From positions 290,092 through 354,091 of the IMG/VR virus record IMGVR_UViG_3300013121_000020: a DNA stretch of 64,000 nt. The stretch is one strand, 5' to 3'. Numbering within the stretch: position 1 is the first letter of the stretch; every line of letters starts with the position of its first letter. Under the pieces are notes generated by a model that had not been told where the DNA came from, did not search any database, and saw only the letters and a list, made by a program, of their open reading frames with translations. Source of the stretch: a virus (Duplodnaviria > Caudoviricetes). The position numbers were made by a program, and so were the translations under genes. This document shows, in pieces, positions 1-10,079 of this stretch.

Positions 1-1
1 T

Positions 2-1189
2 AATTATTTAGCTACTAAAAGTATAGTTTGTAAAAATGCGTTTGTACAATCGCCACAATGTCAACCAAGTCGTGCATCAATCATGACTGGTCGTTATCCA
101 ACTGCACACCGAGTGTGGTGGAATGAAATACCAATAGCAATGACGGAACGTACAATCGGCAATTATCTTGTCGATGCTGGTTATCAAACTGGTTATTTTG
201 GAAAATTGCATTTTGATGGTGATCGTTCGCACTCAGAAATCGCACATCATTTTGGGTTCCAACGATCATTTTTGTTTGAAGATTGGCAACAATTTATCTC
301 TTCTAGACATTTATCTAAGAAAATAGCCAATCCAATAGAAACAGAATTTTATGGATCAATGAATAATCCAACATGGACTGGTGAATTTACAAATCGTGTG
401 CTGCATCATGAAGAAATAATAACAGAAAAAGCTATTGAATTCATAAAATCGGCTTCATTGCCGTGGTGTGCAATTGTTGGGTTTCACGGCCCACATCCAC
501 CATATGCGTCTCCACCAGAATTTAATCGTCAATATTCGCTTGATGATATGTCTGTCCCTTCGATGCCGGTTCACACGTATGCTGGATATAAAATATCGCC
601 AATTGAATGGAAGCAATTGAAGAGACAATATTATGGTTCTATTTCATGGATTGATGAATGTGTGGGAAAACTTGTTGCAACAACATGTGATAATACAATC
701 ATAGTATTTACATCTGATCACGGAGATATTCTTGGTGATCATGGTCATTTTTCAAAGGGTTTGTTTGCATATGATGGAACAATTAAAGTACCATTAATAA
801 TAAAAATACCAGAAATAGGTTATTGCGATTATCGCCATTTAGTTCAATCAATTGACATTTTACCAACATTATTGCATGCTCTCAATATTCCTATTCCTAG
901 ATGTGTACAAGGAATTAATTTAATAAATGCGTTTAAAAATAATAATGCTGTGAATAGAGCGGTTGTAAGCATGATTGGTTATGCACCACGTTTAAGAATG
1001 ATTCGCACTATGAATTATAAATATTGGATATATGGCGATCAAGAATATACATTTGATTTAATTTCAGATCCTGGTGAAAATGTTAATATAGCTCCAAACC
1101 ATCCTACAACTGATATGCGTTTCCAATTGTTAAAAGCTTTAATCAATTGTGAGGATTCCGTTCCTCATCCTCTTTATCATGCTACTTGA
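2..1189 (+). CDS. Sulfatase (formylglycine-dependent, choline/arylsulfatase-like), 5'-truncated by window edge
   Basis: The frame is open from base 2 and reads ...VQSPQCQPSRASIMTGRYP (CxPxR signature), upstream of the tracked ORF start at 83. It also has GYFGKLH, GPHPPY and FTSDHG motifs. Confidence 0.9.
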   Translation, partial: NYLATKSIVCKNAFVQSPQCQPSRASIMTGRYPTAHRVWWNEIPIAMTERTIGNYLVDAGYQTGYFGKLHFDGDRSHSEIAHHFGFQRSFLFEDWQQFISSRHLSKKIANPIETEFYGSMNNPTWTGEFTNRVLHHEEIITEKAIEFIKSASLPWCAIVGFHGPHPPYASPPEFNRQYSLDDMSVPSMPVHTYAGYKISPIEWKQLKRQYYGSISWIDECVGKLVATTCDNTIIVFTSDHGDILGDHGHFSKGLFAYDGTIKVPLIIKIPEIGYCDYRHLVQSIDILPTLLHALNIPIPRCVQGINLINAFKNNNAVNRAVVSMIGYAPRLRMIRTMNYKYWIYGDQEYTFDLISDPGENVNIAPNHPTTDMRFQLLKALINCEDSVPHPLYHAT

Positions 1190-1744
1190 TCATACTTTAC
1201 CAGTTGATCCAAAACCTCCATCTCCTCTTTCTGTGTTATCAACTTTTCCTTCTGTGATGATGCCTTTAGAAAATGGTGTTAAAATACCTTGCACAATTCT
1301 TTCGCCATGCTTTATTTCAATTCTGTTTAATGATCGATTGTGCATTGCCGCAAATAATTCACCACGATAATCGGCGTCAACTATACCAACATTATTTGCT
1401 AGTTGTAATCCTTTCATTCCAATTGATGATCTTATATATATTCCAAGAAATGAATTAGAATCAAATGCACACTTAAAACCAAGTGGCACCATAATAGTTT
1501 CATCTGGTAAGATGATTAATCGCCTATTTTCACATGGTGGTAATTCTGTATCAACATTACCAAGCTGTGGGTTAGTTATCATTCTAATTTCGTCTAATGC
1601 CCAAAATGATGCTTTGTCGTCGTATGCTTTTCTACATTGACGTGTCAAACACGCCGCAAAATCAATTCCGGCAGATAATGACGTTTGATATTTTGGTAAT
1701 GGCAAATCATTATTTGCCAGTCGTTCCAATGTTAACCATTGCAT
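1190..1744 (-). CDS. dut: Trimeric dUTPase
   Basis: SAGIDF, RSSIG, GIVDADYRGE and RGDGGFGSTG motifs. Confidence 0.95.
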   Translation of the reverse strand: MQWLTLERLANNDLPLPKYQTSLSAGIDFAACLTRQCRKAYDDKASFWALDEIRMITNPQLGNVDTELPPCENRRLIILPDETIMVPLGFKCAFDSNSFLGIYIRSSIGMKGLQLANNVGIVDADYRGELFAAMHNRSLNRIEIKHGERIVQGILTPFSKGIITEGKVDNTERGDGGFGSTGKV

Positions 1745-1767
1745 TGTGTATGTCCTTTTTGATAGTG

Positions 1768-2586
1768 TTACTTTGCTTCTGCGGTTGTTTCATACGGTTG
1801 CATACGCATACCGCTGACTTCTATTATTCCATCAACAACTTGTTCTACTGCACCGTGGAAAATTAACGGATATGAATTTTTCAGTAGTTTGTAAATTTCT
1901 TGAAATATATATCTGATTTCCCATTCTGCATCGCGATTGGTTCGTAGCATTATTGTGTGTCGCAATGATCGCAAATTAACAGAAAAACCAATTTCATTTG
2001 CTTGTCCGTTTGGTGCAATTCTACGAAGTGCGGAAGTTAATTTCTTTTTTATTTTGAAATTTTGGAGATTGTTGAAATTAAGTTTTTCCGCCATTTCTGC
2101 ATATTTTTGTTCAAGATATTTCTGAATATCTTTAATATCGTCTATTACCGGTTCTAAAATTGGATCAACAACAATGTCAATTTCATCAAGTCGAACATAT
2201 CGCCCACTATTTTGTGAAAATGCTGTACCCGCTCTGTGACGCACCAGTTCGTGGGTGAACACACGACTACAATCTGCGATAATAAAATTGAAGCCAACAT
2301 GTTCAAATATTGAACCATGCCCAACATCAAAGCAACCTTTGATGTTGTCGGAAATATCGCGAATTCTGCTTACGTTTGAATTCTTGCCTAACGTCAAACT
2401 CTTGTAGCAGAGTTTTGCGAATATACTACATAAAATCTCTGCGTTCGTAAGTTTCGCGTTTCGTGCTTCTATTACTGATTGCCAAAAATCATCATTCCCA
2501 CTATCTTTTAGATATCTGAGCACTTCAGAATCGTTCATTTCTGTATAACCAACGAAATATACTTTCGGTTGAACAATTCTACCCAT
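1768..2586 (-). CDS. thyX: Flavin-dependent thymidylate synthase
   Basis: GHGSIFEH, THELVRHR..FSQNSGRY (RHRx7S) and AEWEIR motifs. Confidence 0.95.
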   Translation of the reverse strand: MGRIVQPKVYFVGYTEMNDSEVLRYLKDSGNDDFWQSVIEARNAKLTNAEILCSIFAKLCYKSLTLGKNSNVSRIRDISDNIKGCFDVGHGSIFEHVGFNFIIADCSRVFTHELVRHRAGTAFSQNSGRYVRLDEIDIVVDPILEPVIDDIKDIQKYLEQKYAEMAEKLNFNNLQNFKIKKKLTSALRRIAPNGQANEIGFSVNLRSLRHTIMLRTNRDAEWEIRYIFQEIYKLLKNSYPLIFHGAVEQVVDGIIEVSGMRMQPYETTAEAK

Positions 2587-2836
2587 TGCATGTCTCCGTT
2601 ACTTTTTGAGGACAGTTAATTCCCACAATTGTTGTCGATAACACTTCTGTGTCGGTTATAATCTTTGCACTATATACCATCGAATTTTCATCAAAATGCA
2701 AAGTAACATTATTGATTAACAATTCTCTGCCAAGATCATCATATACTTTTGTGGTTCCTAGTGTTGGAGGACCAAATTCAATATGTATCTTGAACATTCT
2801 ACATGTTTTATAATCAATCACCGACAAAATTATCAT
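2579..2836 (-). CDS. Hypothetical protein
   Basis: 85-aa ORF overlapping its neighbours in a co-directional operon. Confidence 0.55.
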   Translation of the reverse strand: MIILSVIDYKTCRMFKIHIEFGPPTLGTTKVYDDLGRELLINNVTLHFDENSMVYSAKIITDTEVLSTTIVGINCPQKVTETCNG

Positions 2837-3873
2837 TCAGATCCTCCAGATTCTTTTGATGTTGCAATAGCAGCCACTGATTTGTTGATCCAAGCTTGAG
2901 CTAACGCATTTACTTGTGGATTGGCTAATATTTCATTTTGGTTTAATCTATGTTGCCAAGCTATTTCACAAGCAGCTTGTTCTACGATGCTTGATACTTC
3001 TTCTTGAGCTTGTTGAATAGTGAAATTTCTGTTTGAGTCAAATGCTTCCATGAACCAACGCAATTGTTTTTGTAATTCACTCAATTTTGTCTTGTTCATG
3101 GCTTTTCCTTCCAAAATATGCTTATTCAAATCCGATTGAATTGTTTCCATTTGTGTCTTCATTTCTTCGAGACGATCACGTAATCGTTGTTCCATGCGAT
3201 CATTAATATTCTCTGGTGGCTTTACAATTTCAGAAAGCCATACGCATTTATCATTGACACTCCAATATCGCCATAACGTGCACGGAGTTGTGGTGTTGCT
3301 TACTAAGAAACTAGCAAATTGGTCAAATGTCATCATCACATCGCAAATCTCGCGACCATCGGGGCTAGTAATAGAAATGTGAACAGTATGGTTATGTTTT
3401 ACGGCAGACCCGTTTAACCAAGAGCTACCAGCTACAATTGATAATGAGATAGTAGATTTTGATCGATCGATAGAAAATTCGTTCTGTTTTCGATTTGGTA
3501 TCGCTTTTTTCTGTGCTAGAGGGTTTATGGTATCAGTGCCATCATAACATGATGCTTCATATTCTTTACGTTGCTTTTCGCGTGAATCTTCTGCCGCTTT
3601 TGTCATAGCTTTTTGAGCTTGAATAATATGATAATATTCTTCAATTGCTTCTTCACTTAAAAATTGCCTATAACAATGATGAATTTCTTTATGTTCTTTG
3701 GCGCGATCATGCATTTGACGTTCCATATCATGAACGGCATTTTTTGAAAAATAAATGCCGTCGCCTGGAACATAAAGTTCATCGCGACTGTCGCCATATG
3801 ACCCAACAATACTTATACGTGCATGGTTGGTGGTATCAGGTTCATAATCGCCAGCCGGACTTTCAATCGCCAT
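2833..3873 (-). CDS. Hypothetical protein with coiled-coil C-terminus
   Basis: 346-aa ORF with an ATGA overlap to the next gene. Confidence 0.7.
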   Translation of the reverse strand: MAIESPAGDYEPDTTNHARISIVGSYGDSRDELYVPGDGIYFSKNAVHDMERQMHDRAKEHKEIHHCYRQFLSEEAIEEYYHIIQAQKAMTKAAEDSREKQRKEYEASCYDGTDTINPLAQKKAIPNRKQNEFSIDRSKSTISLSIVAGSSWLNGSAVKHNHTVHISITSPDGREICDVMMTFDQFASFLVSNTTTPCTLWRYWSVNDKCVWLSEIVKPPENINDRMEQRLRDRLEEMKTQMETIQSDLNKHILEGKAMNKTKLSELQKQLRWFMEAFDSNRNFTIQQAQEEVSSIVEQAACEIAWQHRLNQNEILANPQVNALAQAWINKSVAAIATSKESGGSE

Positions 3874-3923
3874 TTATTGCTCGTTGGTTAGTGTTAATGA
3901 ACGCGCGCGTTTTTGTGGCAAGA

Positions 3924-4124
3924 TTAATCGCTTAAGAACGAGACCTTTAAAACCATCATACACGCTGGGCATTTCCAAGATTCAAGCAATGGTGGTTTTT
4001 TAGGATGAATGACTGCCACTTTACAGTAACGGATTTTTATTAGCTTTCCTTCTTTTACGTAACAAAATGGACAATAATACCATCCATTGAGTGCCCACCA
4101 CCATTTACGTAAACGTTTGAACAT
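3924..4124 (-). CDS. Small Zn-ribbon protein
   Basis: Two CxxC pairs (CPFC, CPAC) in a 66-aa ORF. Confidence 0.45.
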   Translation of the reverse strand: MFKRLRKWWWALNGWYYCPFCYVKEGKLIKIRYCKVAVIHPKKPPLLESWKCPACMMVLKVSFLSD

Positions 4125-4155
4125 CTTTTCGATTCTTTAAACACAAATCGTGGAT

Positions 4156-4671
4156 TTATTGACGCATATGTCGAGTCCGTGCTTCTACTGCTAGAGTATC
4201 GCATCGAATATTGCGTTCATCAGTGTCGTGTCCTTTCACCCATTTTAATTTTATGCTTTTATGTCGTTGAATTTCCATGTATAACAATTGCCACAAGTCC
4301 ACATTTTTTAATCGGCCATCCTTCTTTGACCAATTATCAGCATGCCATTTAACCATCCAACCACATTTTGTGCGTGATGGTATCCCACATTCCCACCACC
4401 CAACACTATCAACCACATACTTGCTATCTGAATAGAGAACAACATGACATGGCTGTTTTAAAGCTTGTAAGCCAGCAAGAACAGCCATAATTTCCATTCG
4501 ATTGTTTGTGGTGTTGCTTTCACCACCACTTAATTCTTTATCATGAATCACTCCACCATTTTCATATATCAAAATAGCCGCCCATCCTCCAGTACCTGGA
4601 TTTGGACTACAAGCACCGTCTGTATAGATTGTTACATGCTGCTCATGTGTTGTTAATTTGGTACTGTCCAT
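4156..4671 (-). CDS. rnhA: Ribonuclease HI
   Basis: IYTDGACSPNPG, TTNNRME, SDSKYV and WVKGH...N.RCD.LA motifs. The start is placed at the second Met. Confidence 0.95.
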   Translation of the reverse strand: MDSTKLTTHEQHVTIYTDGACSPNPGTGGWAAILIYENGGVIHDKELSGGESNTTNNRMEIMAVLAGLQALKQPCHVVLYSDSKYVVDSVGWWECGIPSRTKCGWMVKWHADNWSKKDGRLKNVDLWQLLYMEIQRHKSIKLKWVKGHDTDERNIRCDTLAVEARTRHMRQ

Positions 4672-4675
4672 AGTA

Positions 4676-4987
4676 TTAAAACACATCCATTATGTTGTCT
4701 TCTTTAAATTGATTTACTTTTTTAACTAATTCATCAATAGGAACGATTTTTCTATCGGGACACGTTTGACAATGATATGGTGGTGAACCAGTTAACAATC
4801 CAATCCTATATTTATCAGCTTCAATACCTTCTAATATATCTTTTAAATTATTATCATGAATAGATCCAACTGAAGGAGCGTTGCAACATAAACACACATC
4901 ACCATTTGCACGGATAAAAACTTTTGCCCAAGGATCAAGACATAAGCGTGTGAAGCCTTCGGCGATTTGAAGAGAAAATCTCCCCAT
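4676..4987 (-). CDS. Stand-alone SPASM/Twitch Fe-S domain protein
   Basis: C..PW...FIRANGDVCLCC...GSI...CQTC pattern. Confidence 0.75.
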   Translation of the reverse strand: MGRFSLQIAEGFTRLCLDPWAKVFIRANGDVCLCCNAPSVGSIHDNNLKDILEGIEADKYRIGLLTGSPPYHCQTCPDRKIVPIDELVKKVNQFKEDNIMDVF

Positions 4988-5705
4988 ACACCACTCTTTT
5001 CAATGTGTCTATTAATCCTGATTTAATATCTGCTTCTAATCCATTTTGAAGACAATAACTTTCAATTTTATCTAATATTAATAAAGCTTGTTCTGCTTCT
5101 GCTTTTTCTAATTGAGAAACATGTTTTAATGTCACATTTGGTTCTATAGTTAAATTACAAAAGCAAAAAACTTTAACTCCCATATGATGACCGAATTGCA
5201 CAAGTGGGAATAAAGTCCAAATTGATTTATCACATACCACTGTACTCCAAATCCATTTTATATCTCGTTTATGAATTTTTTGTAATGATTGGATGCGCAT
5301 CATGTTGTAAATGAGATGGTGAACACTACCACCGCATCGCAATTGTTTAAATAGTGTTGGATCTATTGTGTCTATACTGACTGTTATTTGTCCAAACTTG
5401 CTTAAAATATCAAATTCGTTGTCTGAGAATGATTTAATTAAATTTGTACATATCGATAATTCAAATCCTTCAACTAAAAATTTTTCAGCTATCACATTCC
5501 AATTTTCGACAATAGTTGTTTCGCCATGCCCATGTAAAATAACAACTTTTGTACCTAATTCTTTTAGATCTTTAATTATTTTGTCAATAAAATTGACATC
5601 TAAATTTTTAGGTTTCCAATTTGGACTGCTAACCGCACAATAAACACAACGTAAATTGCAACCTGTGGTAAGTTCCACCATCGCGTGATGAAGTTTAATA
5701 TCCAT
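4935..5705 (-). CDS. Radical SAM protein
   Basis: CNLRCVYC (CxxxCxxC), GHGETT and VSID motifs. Confidence 0.9.
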   Translation of the reverse strand: MDIKLHHAMVELTTGCNLRCVYCAVSSPNWKPKNLDVNFIDKIIKDLKELGTKVVILHGHGETTIVENWNVIAEKFLVEGFELSICTNLIKSFSDNEFDILSKFGQITVSIDTIDPTLFKQLRCGGSVHHLIYNMMRIQSLQKIHKRDIKWIWSTVVCDKSIWTLFPLVQFGHHMGVKVFCFCNLTIEPNVTLKHVSQLEKAEAEQALLILDKIESYCLQNGLEADIKSGLIDTLKRVVYGEIFSSNRRRLHTLMS

Positions 5706-5714
5706 ACGAGTGGT

Positions 5715-6431
5715 TTACTTTTTAATTCCAATAAAATAATCGCCGTTTGTGAAAATGATATTAAAGAAACGGCGATATGATTCTAAAACAGGTGTGCGGA
5801 TTGTGATGGGGTGTCCAACATCGTATGATTTCATCGGATGAAATTCATCGTGGGTACGTTCACCCATAACAACAATCCCACCCGGTTTTAGTGCTCTATG
5901 GATGTTATTAAGGACAAGATAGGCGTCCATTACGTGTTCGAGTACATTGATACAAACAATGGTGTCATATTTTTCGTTATCTTCTAATAATTCTGCCATG
6001 AAAGGCAAGAATGTTGTAGGAAGATTTCGTAATTTTCCACTTCTGTATGAACAATGGGGCATTGTTGGGTAATTTTCAAGTAGTGGGTCTAATAATACGA
6101 TTGAATTTGCTGTACGATTTTCAAGAATGGTAACTGATTGGGTGAATGGTCCACATCCGACTTCTAACATGGTTCCAAGATTTGGTGGTAAAGCTTTATA
6201 TCCGTCGAATATGGCGTAATGTTCGTGGTTGCGATCACTTTGTGCGTCATGCCAGCAATTTATCCAACCATGGTGTTCAAATTTTTGGGCGGCTTGCCAA
6301 CGATCAAAATCGACTTTGACGATTCCTAAATCTGGATGTGTATAATATTTTGAATCGTTGATTTTGGCGATGTTTTCTTCTGCTTCTAGTCCTTCGCAAA
6401 TTCGTTCTGGTGAACCTACCCAAGTTGGCAT
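5715..6431 (-). CDS. Class I SAM-dependent methyltransferase
   Basis: LEVGCGP, YDTIVCINVLEHV and LKPGG motifs. Confidence 0.9.
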   Translation of the reverse strand: MPTWVGSPERICEGLEAEENIAKINDSKYYTHPDLGIVKVDFDRWQAAQKFEHHGWINCWHDAQSDRNHEHYAIFDGYKALPPNLGTMLEVGCGPFTQSVTILENRTANSIVLLDPLLENYPTMPHCSYRSGKLRNLPTTFLPFMAELLEDNEKYDTIVCINVLEHVMDAYLVLNNIHRALKPGGIVVMGERTHDEFHPMKSYDVGHPITIRTPVLESYRRFFNIIFTNGDYFIGIKK

Positions 6432-6440
6432 TGGTTTTCT

Positions 6441-7523
6441 CTATGATGTAGAAACAATGGTGTTCTTGAAAATTCGATTGTTGTCAATATAATTTTTGAC
6501 GGTTGCGGTGTTCACTATAGCTGGTTTTACTGATCCATCACTGGCACCACAAGCAGTTATTACAAAATTTAATGTGTCTATGCCAATATCAGCGGCTATT
6601 TTTTGTGCTAAATTTAATAGTTCTGTATTGCTATTAGTATTAAATAGAATATATTTCCAGCGAATTTCGCACGATTTTTTAAGTTCTTTTTTAACTGCAA
6701 CAGCTTGTTTCATAAATGAAATAGTTGCGTCAAAATTGCCTCCTTTTCTATAAGTATCATATGATTCTTTTGTTGAGCCATCAATTGAACAATTAATCCA
6801 ATCCATTAATAAATATTCTGGTTTAAATTGTTGTGTGGCGTTTGTGTCCATACTCATAACCAAACGTGGCAAATTTTCTCTTGCATATTCAAGCATTTTT
6901 GGAAATTCTTTGTTTAAAGTTGGTTCGCCACGACCAACAAATGCGATGCGTTCTAAACGTATAGCGTGTGTTTGAATTGAGTCTATGATTTGTTTGAACC
7001 ATTCTAATGGAAATAGATATGGACCAACTTCAGATCCAATTGGGTCTGGATGCCATCCATGCAAACAACCTGGGCAACGTAGATTGCAGGGAAATGATGG
7101 TTCTAATTGAATCTCATTGATCTTATCAATGCTGCCCATTGGCCAATTACGCAATTTGGCAGTTCTTTTCATTTCTTGTAGTGCGTGAAATGTTTGATGT
7201 GAGACATCATTTGCTATTTCTGAGTCACGATAACGTCGATTTTTAGGTTCTCCTTGAGTTAATAGACAACAACATTTCTTACATTCGTTGATATAATGTT
7301 GATTGTCTTGTATTATAGTTAATCTCATTTGGCGCATTTCTGGCGCATTTACAATATCTAATACAAAATCTGATATTGGAAAATTTTTATTAACAATTGT
7401 ATATCGTTCACCAGCATCACACCAGCATGGAACTCTACCATTTGATTTTACATAAACTCTATTCCATGCCCAACAATGGATACTGTGTTCAACAATTGGT
7501 AACAACATATGATTTTGTTCCAA
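6441..7523 (-). CDS. Radical SAM protein with N-terminal SPASM/Twitch domain
   Basis: N-terminal CWAW..VKSNGRVPCWC...CKKCC, followed by CNLRCPGC and GRGEPTL. Confidence 0.85.
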   Translation of the reverse strand: MEQNHMLLPIVEHSIHCWAWNRVYVKSNGRVPCWCDAGERYTIVNKNFPISDFVLDIVNAPEMRQMRLTIIQDNQHYINECKKCCCLLTQGEPKNRRYRDSEIANDVSHQTFHALQEMKRTAKLRNWPMGSIDKINEIQLEPSFPCNLRCPGCLHGWHPDPIGSEVGPYLFPLEWFKQIIDSIQTHAIRLERIAFVGRGEPTLNKEFPKMLEYARENLPRLVMSMDTNATQQFKPEYLLMDWINCSIDGSTKESYDTYRKGGNFDATISFMKQAVAVKKELKKSCEIRWKYILFNTNSNTELLNLAQKIAADIGIDTLNFVITACGASDGSVKPAIVNTATVKNYIDNNRIFKNTIVSTS

Positions 7524-7525
7524 AT

Positions 7526-8482
7526 TTACATAAATTTTTGCAATTCATTCCATATAGTATCACAAAAACGATTCCAATTATACTTATCTTCAATAATTTT
7601 TCTATCAGATCGCGATTTGGCTTCTAGATTTTCATTTGGTTCATTTAATAAATTGCGTAATGCTTGTATTGTTCTTGGAAAATCATCGAGATATAATTCA
7701 GTGAACATTGAGTCATTATAATATCCTGATTCCTTGGTGCATGCTGCCATGAGACCCCACGCTTTAGTTTCTAACAGGGTGGTAGGATTGGCATCGCTGT
7801 CGCTAACGCTGACCATAATGTCGCACCAATGACAGATATTTTTAGCCATTAATGTATCTAGGATTACCCATCCAGTAGTATTGACATTTGGAAGTTTTGC
7901 TAGTGGATGATTGCTATCTCCGCCATACCAATGTAATGTTACATCTGGCATTGCTGTCATAATTCTTGTTAAATATCCCAGATTTTTATTGGGTGTTGAA
8001 CTACCAATATAAACTAATCGTCTAGCGCCTGGTGGGTTAAAAGTGTGTTTAGTATATTGATATATATCTTTGTCTATGGCTAAATCAAGACGAGTGATTT
8101 TCGGTTTCCAATGGGCAAATGGAGTTTCTGTAAGTGTGTCATACCAATATGGTCCGCAAATCGCGAATACACGATCTGCTTGTTGAACGAGTGGATCAAA
8201 TGGAAAATTATCATTTACGCGGTGTGTGTGGAGCGGGTGTATTAAACATTTGGCACGGCATTGCTTTTGAAATGCTTTTTGAACTATTGTGTTTTTGTCA
8301 TAATGTGGATGGCCTAATATAATATCATCTGATTTGATGTCTATATCTAATATATCAGTCCAATTATAACATTGCACCTCAATTTTTGATTTTAAAAAAT
8401 AAAATAGTTTGTTTGTTATAACATATGGTGCTTGTATTACACCCATATCTGGGTGTCCGGCATAAACAAAAATGATGCGCAT
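7526..8482 (-). CDS. Glycosyltransferase (GT-B, GT4-like)
   Basis: YIGS...KNL, DANPTTLLETKAWG and KYNW C-terminal pattern. Confidence 0.75.
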   Translation of the reverse strand: MRIIFVYAGHPDMGVIQAPYVITNKLFYFLKSKIEVQCYNWTDILDIDIKSDDIILGHPHYDKNTIVQKAFQKQCRAKCLIHPLHTHRVNDNFPFDPLVQQADRVFAICGPYWYDTLTETPFAHWKPKITRLDLAIDKDIYQYTKHTFNPPGARRLVYIGSSTPNKNLGYLTRIMTAMPDVTLHWYGGDSNHPLAKLPNVNTTGWVILDTLMAKNICHWCDIMVSVSDSDANPTTLLETKAWGLMAACTKESGYYNDSMFTELYLDDFPRTIQALRNLLNEPNENLEAKSRSDRKIIEDKYNWNRFCDTIWNELQKFM

Positions 8483-8506
8483 ATCGCAGTTTTGACTGAG
8501 GTATAA

Positions 8507-9298
8507 ATGCCGAATTTAATTCATGGCGATTGTGTTAATATTTTACAGCAACAACCAGATGCAATATTTGATTTAGCATTTGTAGATCCACCATTTAATA
8601 TTGGATATAAATATGATAAATATAATGATAATCTATCAACAATAGAATATATGAAATGGTGTAGAACGTGGGCAAATGAAGTTATTAGAGTTCTAAAACC
8701 AAGCGGTTCTTTATGGTTGGCTATTGGTGATGAATATGCAAGCGATTTGGATGTATTATTTCGCAGAGAACTTGGTTTGATTCGTCGCAATTGGGTTATA
8801 TGGTATTATACATTCGGTGTTAATTGCACTAATAAATTTACACCATCACATACCCATTTACTTTATTATGTTCGTGACCAAAATAATTTTACATATAATG
8901 GACCAGCCATTAAAGTGCCGTCTGCTAGGCAAATGATTTATAACGATAAACGAGCTAAATCTGGTGGAAGATTGCCAGATGATGTTTGGATTGTGCGTCC
9001 TGGCTCTGAAATGTTTCCACCAGAAAGTGATGTGTGGAAAGAATCGAGAATATGTGGCACATTTAAGGAAAGAGTTGATCATCCATGTCAAATGCCAGAA
9101 GCGATATTAGAGAGAATTATCAAAGCAAGTACGAATGAATATGATATGATTCTTGATCCAATGGCTGGATCTGGTACTACTCTTGTGGTTGCTGAAAAAT
9201 TAAAACGCAACTGGTTTGGAATTGAATTGTCTGATAAATATATCAATTTAATTAAAAATCGATTATCGTTACTCAAACCTGAGGCGTGTTCCAATTAA
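8507..9298 (+). CDS. DNA N4-cytosine/N6-adenine methyltransferase (beta class)
   Basis: DPPF catalytic motif lies before HPCQMP and the DPMAGSGTT SAM-binding motif. Confidence 0.92.
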   Translation: MPNLIHGDCVNILQQQPDAIFDLAFVDPPFNIGYKYDKYNDNLSTIEYMKWCRTWANEVIRVLKPSGSLWLAIGDEYASDLDVLFRRELGLIRRNWVIWYYTFGVNCTNKFTPSHTHLLYYVRDQNNFTYNGPAIKVPSARQMIYNDKRAKSGGRLPDDVWIVRPGSEMFPPESDVWKESRICGTFKERVDHPCQMPEAILERIIKASTNEYDMILDPMAGSGTTLVVAEKLKRNWFGIELSDKYINLIKNRLSLLKPEACSN

Positions 9299-10079
9299 TT
9301 TTTCGTATGTTACCTATCCATGATGCAGTTAATGAAAATGTGCTGGGACTGTCTGCGATGATTGAAGCGCAGCGACTTAATAATATCATATCGACAATTG
9401 CTTCTTTCACACTTTTACTATTTCTTGTTCGCCAAAGTGGGTATGAAGATTTTGGGAAGTGGATTAATCGATTTTGAAAATGTTCTTCGAAGGTTATTAA
9501 TGTGTATGGTGAGTCGGTAGCGATAAAGAATTTATTATTCGGATATACAGATTTTAAATATTCTATAAAGAATTTGTCGAGCTTGGTGTGATAGCGTGCT
9601 GCGATTTCATGATGTTGAGTCCAAAAATCTGATCTTCTACAATGTATGCCGATTCTACCACGTACGTCAATAGTGTCTGCGATTGATATTAAATCACGTT
9701 TAAATCGAATTTTTGTGATTGCTTCTCTCCATTCGCTAGTTAAATCATCATCTGGACCATCATTATTACTTCTGAATGTTGAAAAATGGCAAATATTAAT
9801 TTTATCGGCAATTGGCACACGCACAGCCTGAGGCATTGTGTGTAATGGATAATTTATGCCGTCTTGGTATGGTGGTCCATATGTTACTGGTCCGTCTATT
9901 GTGAATAAATCTTCGATTGGTGACAATAAATCTTCGCTGAGTCCCCAATGGACATTCATATTTCGGAAATAACCTTTGTTAAGAAATCTAATCCCAGAAG
10001 ATAACGCAAGAAGTCGATTTCCCAATCCGCAAATTGGTTCTAATGAAAAATTATAATTATCAGTATTATGTTGAATCAT
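9273..10079 (-). CDS. Fucosyltransferase-like protein (NodZ/O-FucT type)
   Basis: GLGNRL, GIHCRRSD, FIATD and DMILLSRC....STFS motifs. Confidence 0.8.
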   Translation of the reverse strand: MIQHNTDNYNFSLEPICGLGNRLLALSSGIRFLNKGYFRNMNVHWGLSEDLLSPIEDLFTIDGPVTYGPPYQDGINYPLHTMPQAVRVPIADKINICHFSTFRSNNDGPDDDLTSEWREAITKIRFKRDLISIADTIDVRGRIGIHCRRSDFWTQHHEIAARYHTKLDKFFIEYLKSVYPNNKFFIATDSPYTLITFEEHFQNRLIHFPKSSYPLWRTRNSKSVKEAIVDMILLSRCASIIADSPSTFSLTASWIGNIRKINWNTPQV

